The notes beneath the pieces are model-generated. The model saw nothing but the letters and a program-made list of their open reading frames with translations, was not told the DNA's origin and did not search any database. This document shows positions 27,013 through 38,725 of a DNA stretch of 64,000 bases, piece by piece (position 1 is the first letter of the stretch; every line of letters starts with the position of its first letter). The stretch covers positions 72,042,868 to 72,106,867 of the forward strand of contig NC_068984.1 in the NCBI RefSeq assembly GCF_001194135.2. Reading direction: 5' to 3'. Source of the DNA: Octopus bimaculoides (Eukaryota). The translations under genes were made by a program, and so were the position numbers.

Positions 27013-28093
27013 TTAGGTCATCCCATAAATAATGCTGTTTTCTACACTTCTCTTATTTTTCAAGATTAAAATAAACAAAGTTCTTTCTTAATCAAAAATA
27101 TACACTCCTTCATTTTCTACAATGCTCTTCCATCTATCTGGTAGACTTGCAAGGCCACTCTTCAAATTTTCCCTTGTTCGTAATGGAAAATAATCCTCCA
27201 ATACAGAATTCATATTTTTCCGTCCAAGTGATGTTGAAGACTGCGGAATAAATGATAATGAGCATCGTCTCCCATTCAAATTGCTCCAGCCTTTGGAATG
27301 TCATCCACACTGTATTGTCCGAGCATTATCCTGATGGAAGAACACCTTTCGTTTTGAAAGCAAATATAGACGTTTTTCTGCTAGTGCTGACTAAAAGCCT
27401 TAAGCCGCTCAAGCTGCTCTCAGTATCTCTTCTTTATTATTGCTTAGTTTCGGTTTAAAAGTTCAAAGTAGAATAAACCTTTCATATCCCACCAATTGGT
27501 TCTTTCGTGAGATGTGTCAGCAAAGAAGAGCATACATTCACTTTCGCACGCGACTTGACACGGAAAGTTTTTGAGGAACCCATTGAGTCAATTTGCTGAA
27601 TTTTCCGATGGCTTGCAGATGCCGATGAATGGTTGAATGACCAAATCCAAACTTTTCTTCTAGTTCCGCAACAGTTATGATGGAATTCTGTTCCGCCAGG
27701 CTTTGCTGGACATCCTCATCTATCTCTGCAGATCGTCCAGAACAACGCTCGTGTTCTAGGCTGTATTTTCCGGCTCGGAATTTCTGGAGCCATCATTGAC
27801 ATTGGCTTACGAATATTGTCTGATCCCCATATACTGCATTCAGATTCCTCGCACTTTCTGTTGCATTTTGCATTTATTGAGCTCATAAACCGAAATATGC
27901 CGGATATGTATCATAGCTTTCGAAGAATAACTATTAAAATCGAACAGCACTCATCAAACTTGCACTAAGAATAAGCTCAATGTAAATTGCTACATGCTTT
28001 TATAGCAAGTTGATGCAGGTAGTTTATCCCGTCCCCTTCCGACTTTCGATTAATGCAATTTAAAAAATCTGCATTATTTATGGGATGATCCAA
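27013..28093 (-). mobile_element. mariner element with both TIRs and an internally deleted transposase
   Basis: TIRs ttaggtcatcccataaataatgc (27013-27035) and gcattatttatgggatgatccaa (28071-28093), followed by TA. Minus frames: HIRHI.VYE; FRAGKYSLEHERCSGRSAEIDED; QWVPQKL (WVPHEL motif); FHQDNAR; LASLPDRWKSIVENEGVYIFD*. Confidence 0.9.
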
Positions 28094-31000
28094 TAAATTA
28101 AAAGCAGTATATATAAAATATTGTAATATCACCATAAATCTAGCAGATAAACAAGTTTGGATATTGTTGCTGTTTGTGGAAAGGAATTCAAACGACAGAC
28201 AAATCCTAATCAACACGAAATTCCGTAATCCCAGGATTCTCGAACAAAAACCAGTTATCTTATGACACGCAGAAAATTATCTCTTCCTTGCATTCCTTTT
28301 CATTGGCGCTATATTTGTAGTAAACATAGCGTAATCTTTGACACGATAAGAGTATCCTAACAGTACTGGTCTCCTAAACATTTAGGTAAATAGCGTCAAA
28401 AGGCACACTTTTCATACAGTCTCACCATCATAAAGCTATCACTTGGAGCTGCAAAATATTTTCGTCCCATTGAAAGAAAAATAACATGTTCAATTAAGCT
28501 AGTTGTAAGCATTTGTTTTACGGCACAATAGCTGTTATTAAATATTTAGGTATAATTCAGGCTTTAATTGTAATGTTCTTTCACCAATATTTTCTCCTTT
28601 CACACTGACTTCCTTTTAAACGTGGAGATGTGGACATGAATGCTAAAATGTGAGCCAGTGAATGCTAAAATCATTGTACTACAATGAGGCCTGGAGATTC
28701 TTATTCCTTTCACCTATCCACCACAGAAATATACAATTTGCATTTTGACTATGGAATTGCTGTCACAGTAATATGTAGTGATGTTATCATAACTTCATTC
28801 CCTAAGTCCACACTTCTCAAGCGGTATTAGTTTTTATTTCATCTTCAACACTTCTGTACATGTCTTTGAGATTTCTTTAATTTTTGACATTGTTTACAAT
28901 TCTGTGTTGCAGCTTCACTAGAACATAGTGTCATGTTCTTCACGCGTTTTCCATCTTTTTTTTCTTAGTAAACAGCTATCTTTATTTTAGAAATTACTCG
29001 ACTTCTATTCTATTAATAGGATGAACTAAAACATACTTTCCCAATACGAAAAATACAAAATCTTAGATACTGTAGTTCTCACACCCAAATACTATTATTT
29101 ATATTCCTGCTAACCATTGTCTGTAAATTGCAGTTGGTAAAAAGAAGTAATTTTCAAACTTTTCCACCTGTTTACACAGGCTGATGTTACTTATTTCAAT
29201 AATCATTGCCTGTGATATATTTTCTTAGATCGGGAATATCACGTAACGAAATCATCAATATATAGCATTCTCTACGATCTATTTGCTTTGATTGGTTCTC
29301 TATATGCTATACACTTTCAGAAATCGTCCTTTAATAACTCTTCATATGAGTTATTGGCGTTGTCATCTCTCACGTCATATTTATAAACCTCTTATAAACC
29401 GATGTCCTATTAATTGTCTAATTTAGCAGTAAATTAGTCAAGAGACTTATAATTTTAAAATTTCTGCAGAATTTTATATCTGGAAAAAAATCACAATTCA
29501 TCTATATAATGTTTTCCACAAGCATCTAACAAATTTTTAGTTAACACCCATATACGCTTCAAACTCGCATCTAGATATCTAAGTATTGTAGACAACGGTA
29601 CAGACAACATTTGCGTGTTTGGAGAGTGGCAGAGCTCGGGAGTAGACATTTTGAACACCTCATTTAAAATACTTTGTTACGCGTTAGGAACACAATGGTT
29701 TATACATTAGATTACCGGCTAATTTTATTTAAAATTTTATTTAATTCATCAGTGAAAGTTTCAGAAAGAACAGTAAGAAATGAATTGGGCCGATTAATTT
29801 CCTTCCATTTCTTGAATCATACTCCATTCAAAACAAAATGAAAAACAATGCATTTTAAAGCATTTCCTGGTGTTATAATGCTGTAAATGGTTTAGTAATA
29901 AGATGTAATATATCCTGTACACAACATTTTCCCTCCAAAATATATACAAGGTATTGATAGTACGAAAATAGTTATATAATGCTGAAATTAGTAATTTATA
30001 TATGAATATTCTATAGAATATATCTTTCATAAATCACGATTTATTAAACAATTACATTCCAACCGTAGTTAGGAACATCAGCATAAATATATATTTTCCA
30101 ATTCCGTTGTCACTAAAATGACAATTTATACTTTCTAGATTTTCTTTAACATATTTTTCGTTCTATGTAATTATGAATGTTTACTTGCTTCCAAACTGTA
30201 TTTATCATCTTTATTTATTTTTTTAGGCGTCTACTTTCTACAGAAGCAATAATCTTTTCATAAAATGAATTAAAGAAGAACAATTATTTTCCTGCTTAAC
30301 ACAATCATTCCATCATTTGTAGCTAAATAAAGTGACTTATACGCTATAAATCTTCATTCCATATATATGTATTATGGAATCTTTAAACCCTTATGCTTAT
30401 TTATATTTTATTTCTAACTGAACTACAAAACTGTTTTAAAGTTATGAGTTGATAAGATCTGCTAGTTAGCAGTTGTCTATATAGTTTGAAATCGATAAAG
30501 TGATTTCAGTAATAGAAAATTTTACCAGCTTTCCAATGACGGGCACTAAAAGAAGACATGTAAAGTAGTCCCTCGGTTTCGCAATACAAACATCTTAACA
30601 TATTCCTTAAGAGACGGCTACTTTATCACGATGTTGTCTTTCGTAATCCCAATCTTCTAAACCCTTGAGTGTGCATATTGTAAGGCTTATATGCGATTTG
30701 ATTTCCCTCTGTTACCATGTACACGTATCATCTGGTAATTCACTATATTTATTTAAGGAGTTGTACTCTGTTACATTATTCAGTCACTGGAACCATAGTG
30801 AGTGCCGCACTTCACAATTACTAGCGATATATAATGTGTGTCACTCATGGAAATATATGACGCAGCGTTCAGTTTTATTTAAATCATTTTGAGCCGGGAA
30901 ATAGTGATTCCTTCAGCGGCAGTATAATATTATATATACAAAATTTTAGTAATATTGTATATCACATCACATATATATTCGGCAAATTACCGATCCACTA

Positions 31001-31307
31001 GCTATTAACATAACAAGAGCTGATACAAGAATTCATTTAGCATGGATGACTGTCGAAATCAAATGGGAAATAATTGATCTGTATATTTTTCAGGAAAACA
31101 TTTGATAGAATTTTATCTTATTTCTAACATCAATTATGAATAATGAACAACTTACAGATTAAATGCTTCATAAAAAACAATTCTCTAATTGACATAAATG
31201 TTTTAATATATTTCACCAAAGAATTTTTCCGCCCAATACTTTATGAGAATTAATGAAGAGTACATACTTTATAATCACATGTAAGTAACTTGAATATTGT
31301 TGGCACC

Positions 31308-32497
31308 TTAATACTTGCTCGCTTACAAACGGGAATATCGCACTGCTAACATAGAAAAGTAAGAGGCAATATTGATTAGTAATCCTTTAATAACCTTGAT
31401 ATTACATTATGGTTGCAAAACGAAATATTGCGCTCTTTCCAGTAATTATGTTCTGCAAAAGGTCTACCATTTGCAAACACCGAATACCGACGCTATCAGG
31501 CTTATGGGGATATTAAGAGAGAATGCACGCTCTTTCAGTGCCTTCTTCTCGACGGAATCACTGCGCACCCCACTCCTCAAAGGGGTCCCGCTTGGTAAAT
31601 GATCAGTTCACTTCAATCAATAACATTTTAGCCATTGCTCATCGCTTCTTTTTAATCAAATCCAGTATATTATCGATTACCTATAGTCTGGATATCTCTG
31701 TGGTGGAATTCTCTTTACGATGAGTTAGGCCTAGTGAAAACAACAATCCTCTCACATTGTCACCAATGAATCCTTTACTTCCACCTTCAGTTGGAAGAGG
31801 ATCTGCTTTCTAGCAGAAGGATGAGAAGTGGAACGGCTACTGGGAGCCGGCTACAGATTTACTATGAGGTGAAGCATTATTCCTCATTCTTGTTACGTTC
31901 TCACCAGATATTATGTGTTATACAAGAAAGTAGTAATCTAGTCGAGTTAACGGTTCTTGAAGCTAACATGGACGCCGCTCCGGTATGAAAGATCAACCTT
32001 AAAACTTCTATGAAGACACAGACTAGAAAGCAGATTGTCTTCCAGCTGAAGGTGGAAGTAAAGGATTCATTGGTGACAATGTGAGAGGATTGTTGTTGTC
32101 ACTAGGCCTAGCTCATCGTAAAGAGAATTCCACCACAGAGATATCCAGACTATAGGGAATCGATAAGATACTGGATTTGATTAAAAAGAAGCGATGAGCA
32201 ATGGCTAAAATGTTATTGATCGAAGTGAGCTGATCATTTACCAAGCAGGACCCCATTGAGGAGTGGGTGCGCAGTGATTCCGTCGAGAGGAAGGCACTCA
32301 AACAGCGTGCATTCTCTTGCATTCTCTTGCAATTGGTAGCCCTTTTGCAGAACATAATAACAGGCAAGACCGCAATATTTCGTTTTGCAACCATAATGTA
32401 ATATCAAGGTAATTAAAGGTTTACTAATCAATATTGCCTCTTACTTTTTTTTATGTTAGCAGTGCGATATTCTCGTTTTTAAGCGAGCAAGTATTAA
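31308..32497. mobile_element. Foldback made from the 3' end of a HERO-like (REL-clade) non-LTR retrotransposon
   Basis: Inverted arms 31308-31813 and 32023-32497 around a 209-bp spacer. Plus strand through the spacer and right arm: WEPATDLL*GEALFLILVTFSPDIM; LVELTVLEANMDAA; PAEGGSKGFIGDNVRGLLLSLGL (PD..ELT.P and PVEVG.RGF REL motifs). Confidence 0.75.
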
Positions 32498-32807
32498 TTT
32501 TCTATAGGATTCACAAACAGCAATGTAAGTTACAAATTTCAAATGCGAATAGGTCAATGTAAACAATGCGATCGAGGAAAGAAAATATGTATAATGAGTG
32601 TATAAATATATTTCAAGAGGCACTCATCTCATTCAAGAACAATAACTTTTGCAATATCTACAATCGCATTGTTTACGTAGAATTATTCGTATACGAAACA
32701 TCATAACATAAAGTGTTGGTTGTCAATTCTGTAGATGATGTATAGCTTTTAATATACATGGATATATATCTCTGTGTGTGTGTGTGAATGTGTGTGCGCG
32801 TGCATGC

Positions 32808-32843
<36 letters not shown>

Positions 32844-33342
32844 ACGTACATACATGCGTACAAATATGTAAACTTATATACATGCAAGCATACATACATT
32901 TATACATCTGACACAGATATTTAAAAGAACCACGCTTTATGATTGAAATAATCAGTAGTATTCTTGATGATTGGGTGTACTTTGATTTAAAGTAATTTTA
33001 TTTAAATTAATTTCTATTAATTAAAAATTCTATTTACGTATTTGTGAACTTGTTATGCATATGTTTTATGAATCTGCTTTTGGAATGCATTGAAATACCT
33101 TTTTTAAAAAGATAGTTGTTTTCTCGCATTTTATATTACATATTCTATGCCCTTAAGAATCGTTTCAATCACATGACAATTTTCATGTACTAAATTTGCT
33201 GCACGATTTATAAAATCATAAATCGTTACTATAGCTATAACATTTTTATGTTTTAGGGATAAAAATGTTGATGTACTATGTGTATATATATATACATATA
33301 TACATATTCTGTTGTGTCTGGGGAGAGTCGTTTTCTGTTTGC

Positions 33343-33373
<31 letters not shown>

Positions 33374-33378
<5 letters not shown>

Positions 33379-33695
33379 GGTTGATCCACTACTCAGGAAG
33401 AGACTATTCTAGAGTACTTCTGTCTTATCTTCGAAACGTCTAGTTAGAATAGAGACAGTTGATGAAGGGATATTCCAAGTGGTTTTCCGTTTTCCTATGT
33501 GTTCGTTCCGTTGTCTGTAGTTCATTGTTCTAACGTCCTGTACCCTGATATGAATATATATACACATGTAGATGTAAGTATGTACATATATGTGTGTATA
33601 CATGTATATATATTCTTTGTATTATTACATTATTGAGCGCACACGTCCTTTTTTGCAAGTAAGTCTACTTTATTATTCTGACGTGACTCCATCTT

Positions 33696-33726
<31 letters not shown>

Positions 33727-34366
33727 GTCTATCTATCTATCTATCTATCTTTCTATCTATTTATCTATCTGTCTTCCTCTATCTTTCTATATATCCCCCT
33801 GTCCTGGCCTCTACTTCACTGCTATACCCTTCTGTCCCTTCCTCCTTGTTCCACTTCCTCCCTCTGTCCTGGCCTCTACTTCACTGCTATACCCTTCTGT
33901 CCCTTCCTCCTTGTTCCACTTTCTCCCTTCACCATCCTCTCTGCTCTCGTGTGACCTGTGGTCAACTTTCTTTTCACTCCAGCCGCTGTGAAGGCAAGAC
34001 GAGCTGCTAGCGTTCTACCTCAGATTCGCGTTTGGCCGTACGGCTTTTGAACGTTGTTTTCACTGTCCAATGTTTCCTGTCTTGGTTTGTGTTTGCCACC
34101 TTGGAATCCTCTGTGTAGTGGGTTGATCCACTACTCAGGAAGAGACTATTCTAGAGTACTTCTGTCTTATCTTCGAAACATCTAGTTAGAATAGAGACAG
34201 CTGATAAAGGGATATTACAAGTGGCTTTCCGTTTTCCTATGTGTTCGTTCCGTTGTCTGTAGTTCATTGTTCTAACGTCCTGTACCCTGATATGCATATA
34301 TATACACATGTAGATGTAAGTATGTACATATATGTGTGTATACATGTATATATATTCTTTGTATTA
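33374..34366 (+). mobile_element. Penelope-like insertion with a 251-bp direct terminal repeat (pseudo-LTR)
   Basis: 33374-33624 and 34116-34366 are near-identical. The interval holds (ATCT)n, a 65-bp tandem duplication and a possible ORF-end remnant (RVWPYG.LNVVFT). Each repeat carries cta-CTCAGGA-a...c-GAAA-c(g/a)tc-tag. Confidence 0.6.
33799..33923. repeat. 65-bp pyrimidine-rich tandem duplication
   Basis: ctgtcctggcctctacttcactgctatacccttctgtcccttcctccttgttccactt starts at 33799 and again at 33864. Confidence 0.9.
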
Positions 34367-36651
34367 TATATATATATATATATATATACAGAAAGAGAGA
34401 GAAAGAGAGAGAGGCGGAGGTAGATACGTAAATAGGTAGATAGAAAAGTAGATAAGCAAGTGGATAGATAAGTATGCCCAACAAAATATTGAAGCAAGTG
34501 GAATATTACAGATAAAACTGAGTTCATAATGTCGTTACGCTCCCGAAAGTAAATCTTCGAAAACAAATCAGAAATGTAGGAAAGCTTTAATAATCTGAAC
34601 TAGATGTGGCTCCATGGGTACTTACTATAAGAATTTATGACTCTTTATATTGATACGGCTGAATGACTATATATGCAAATATGAAAGAGAAAATACCGTT
34701 TTGTTGATTAAAAGGAAGAAACTACTCAATACTAAAAAACAAATTGATTGGAAATAGTTCCCTGAATTTCCGACTATTTGCATATCTATCAATAACAGGG
34801 TGTTTACAAATGGATAATATCAACGTATAAAATATATAGCTTACGCTTTATGAGCAGAACGACTGTCATAAAAACTTCAGAAATGCAAAATACCGAATAA
34901 TGATGGACATTATTTGTTCAGAAAATGTGGGAAAATATTGACAATTTTAAATATTGCATGGGTGATTTGTGGTAACGCATGCGACGGAGTTGCACACTCA
35001 CGTATCATATGATACCGATCTCAGAGAAATTTAGCTATCTATTAGAAAAAAGTAAAGTATCATTCATGAGTAGGGTTATGATTTATAAGTGTATGATTAA
35101 CTGAGATATAGATCAGAGAACTAATCATTTTAAGAGAGTAAACAATGTTCCGCTTTTCACGACATGCGCTGAAGAAAGATAATTGAAATAGAAGATGTGA
35201 AGTTCCATCATCTCTTATTAATGGTTGATTTTAAGCTTTATACTACAGAAGCATAACAACCTAGACTCCTTATTGTTAGGTTTCAGAAAATTTAGTGACG
35301 GTTTTGAAATAGTTTCTGAGTAAAAGAATATGCTACGAATTATACGAAGTAAGGAAGACGAATATAGATTATTAGTATAGAGCTCGCGAATGGAGAGAAT
35401 ATAAACACATTAAATAGAGTTGAAGGAAGAAAGTAATATCTAAAATAATGATAATGAAAGAAAATGTACGTATAAATATTTTATGCAGAAAATATCATGC
35501 AAGTAATCGACCGGATGCCAGTGTCAATAAGTTAGTATCAGTACGAATTATTGCATGGAGAAGTGAGGAGCTGAAGCACATTGAAAAAAATAGGAATTAT
35601 TCATTATGCGCTGAAGCATGCATGTTAATTATATACAAGAATAGTTATAAAAGAAAACAAAACAGGGTAGTTTTAACGAGGAACGTAGGGATTGAGTGGA
35701 CATATATAGGATTTTGTCTAAAAGAGAAAGAAGAGATGTTGCGGAAGGAGATAAGTAGAAATTTATTTAGAGAATAATTAGAACCACAAAAGGAAAAATG
35801 AACAGAGAATGAGGAAACAACTCTTGCGTGTTCTTTTGCAAGAACACGCAAGAGTTGTTGCAGAAAAAAAAGGATAGAGGCCCGTGCCTAAAAACGGGAT
35901 ACTAAAGATAAAAGCCAAGTGAATGAACGTGAACTATATATGCTACATTACAAACGATACATCAGAATGATACTTCATTCAGTTATAGAATGTGCTATGA
36001 TTCACACAAGACCGCTGTAAACATTTAATTGGAAATTCCAAACTTGACTGAGAGTGCTGCAAGAGAACGTTTACGTAGAATTTCGTTTTCATGCACTAAA
36101 CATCTATAAATATTTTGAGACAAGAGATGCATGACCTAATAACGAAGAAAGGAATTTTCTTAATTTGGAGGGAGGATTTTCAGAACAATCTGAAAGGAAA
36201 GAATGCAAAATACAGCTGTCGACAAGATTTCCTCGACTAGGCAAGTCTATATGCGAACAGTATAAACAAAAATAAGTGATATTAGATTATTATATTAACT
36301 TGAATTGTGAATTCCTCATGTGCTGAAAATTATCTTATCGATACGACGATATCATGGAACTACCGATTATATTAAGAGTCATTATAACAGAGACATTAAA
36401 CTGTTTATAACACCTGTTAACTTGACATTAATCTGAGAGTAGAAGAAAACATGTCTACTAGATTCAACCTGAAGCATCCGTAAAAACAATTTTCACCAAC
36501 AGGCGCCAAGTTGTCCTCTAAATAAACGACATATTTTAACTAGGTGAATTACAAATTCTGTGAAATATACTACGTTATTAAGAAAGAGGTTTTCTCAAAG
36601 CAAATAACAGTAATTTGTGTTCTACCACGACATTAAGTAAAGTAAGTACGT

Positions 36652-36952
36652 GTAGGCACATGGTTCACTGATTAGAATGTGGGGCTCAAGTCATGTTGTG
36701 GTGAGTTCGATTCCCGGACCGGACTGTGTTGTGTACTTGAGCAAGACACTTTATTTCCCGTTACTCCATTTCACTCGGCTGTTGAAATGAGTTGCGACGT
36801 ATCTGGTGCCGAACTGTATCGTCCTTTGCTTTTCCTTCGATAACATCAGTTGCATGGAGAAGGGTGGCTGGTATGCATGGGCGATTGCTGGTCTTCTATA
36901 AACAAACTTGCCTGGACTTGTGCATCAGAGGGGAAAATTGTAGGTGCAACCA
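36652..36952 (+). mobile_element. tRNA-derived SINE family C
   Basis: Head ggcacatggttcactgattagaatg...gagttcgattcccggacc, followed by a gtgttgtgtacttgagcaagacacttta central-domain-like segment. Confidence 0.75.
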
Positions 36953-37314
36953 CGATATACTATTTTAGTGGGAGATAAATGTTGCCTTTTGTTATTACTA
37001 CCGCTTCTGTCGGTACGGATATTTTTTCATAAGCACACCGGCAGTTTCCGATACCAGTGCCTGAATAGATACTGACATTCTATAATTACTGGCGGTGGAA
37101 TTGGTGGCTTTATCTAGTATTATGTTCACCTATTAAAGACGGCTGCAGCAGACGGTTATCTCCCATCAGCAGTAAATAGAGAAGTGCTTTTATGCATTAT
37201 AAGTCCATATGAGTGTTCTTCTCATTGCATCTAAAGCAGTATTCCGTATTCTAAAATAGCTTCTACTTTTCATGGATAAAGTATATATTATTATTGTCAT
37301 TATTATTGTGTAAG

Positions 37315-37455
37315 AGAGCCGTGTATGCCATGAAAGTGACACTGGGGTAAAATGTACGAAGCCCAGTATACCAATCATGACTAACCATCTGACAAGGGTA
37401 CACAAGGCACATGCATCACAAATATATGTGCGTGACATGGTGATCTCATATCATG
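37315..37455 (+). mobile_element. Fragment of a further SINE-like repeat
   Basis: gtgacactggggtaaaatgtacgaagcccagtatacc...aagggtacacaaggcacatgcatcac...gacatggtgatctcatatc; recognised from memory as an octopus interspersed repeat. Confidence 0.45.
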
Positions 37456-37462
37456 ATGTGGC

Positions 37463-38006
37463 CTACCGTTTCTCTTCTCTTACCACACATTCTGCATTTG
37501 TCGCTATCGGTAGTGTTGTCGATTCTACACTTTGGATAGTTAATCCCTGACGGTTATTTTTTTGTTGCGCATATAAGTGCTTCCGTGTCTTCAGGTCACT
37601 CCCCGTCATCCATAAGCTACCTGTCTTCTGTATCTGTCTTGGCGTTCGTATCTCGTGCAAACTGACAGTACATTATTTTCCTTCCATGCTGTTTATTTTT
37701 TGTGTTCCTTTTTTTGTGTTAAGTTTTTCTTTATTCACACAATTCCCAGTTTTAACGACGCCAGTCTTCTGCGTATGTTTCAACAATGTTTCCAGGGCAT
37801 GTTTAACGTACCAACTAAGCGGTTTTCCTCTGCTTCGATACAATCCTGCCAACTGAACAAAGTTCAAACGTACAGCCTATCGGTGTCACTCTTAAGCTGA
37901 AACAAGATTTTTGTTGTCTTCGTATCCATGTTTATTATTATTGTTATTACTATTATGATTGTTGTTGTTGTTATTATTATTATTACTATCATAATCATCA
38001 TCATCA

Positions 38007-38071
<65 letters not shown>

Positions 38072-38150
38072 ATTATTAACATTATTATTATTAGAATATT
38101 CGGCGTTTGCTTTGTCAATGTTCAAGTTGACTCCAAGTTTCACCCAGAGT
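37463..38150 (-). mobile_element. R4/Dong-clade retrotransposon fragment (RT thumb to CCHC), interrupted by an (AAT)n tract
   Basis: DTKTTKIL..KSDTDRLYV; SWQDCIEAEENRLSWYVKH; MYCQFARD; SDLK.TEALICA; KCRIDNTTDSDKCRMCGKREET. The microsatellite occupies ~37925-38095. Confidence 0.8.
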
Positions 38151-38604
38151 TCTCAAGAGACAATAAGCTAGAAGTGCAAGTTAGTATTATGACTAAGGTG
38201 CCATGCGGTGAGTACGCCTGGCAAAATGTTTTGCCGCATTTAATCTGTCTTTTCGTTCTGAGTTCAAATTTCTAACCTAATAATAATAAACTACGAAATG
38301 AATGTGCGCAAGTTGGGAACAACAATCACACGCAAAACTTATGAGAGTTGTCGTTTCTAATGTTGGTTTTGTTGTTTTATTGTAAGTCATGTCATCCTGT
38401 CTAACGGTTTGCACCTGGCTAACATTGAGTGAGAAATCATACAATAAAACACATTGATACAATGCCACTGACTTCTTGCTTTCAAAAATACGTTAACGGA
38501 AACTCCTATGCTGACGCATGCACTATTTGGGAGTTAAGATATGTGAGAATCAAACCCGTGATATTTGTAAGATATTCTGCCGCTAAACACAGGCTAACAT
38601 TTTG

Positions 38605-38725
38605 GCAAATGATGATAATGATGATGACGAGGATGATGATGATGACGAGGATGATGATGATGACGACGATGATGATGATGATATCATCATCCTCATCATC
38701 CTCATTATCACCATCATCATCAGCG
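38605..38725. repeat. (GAT)n/(CAT)n microsatellite pair
   Basis: Directly visible. Confidence 0.9.
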
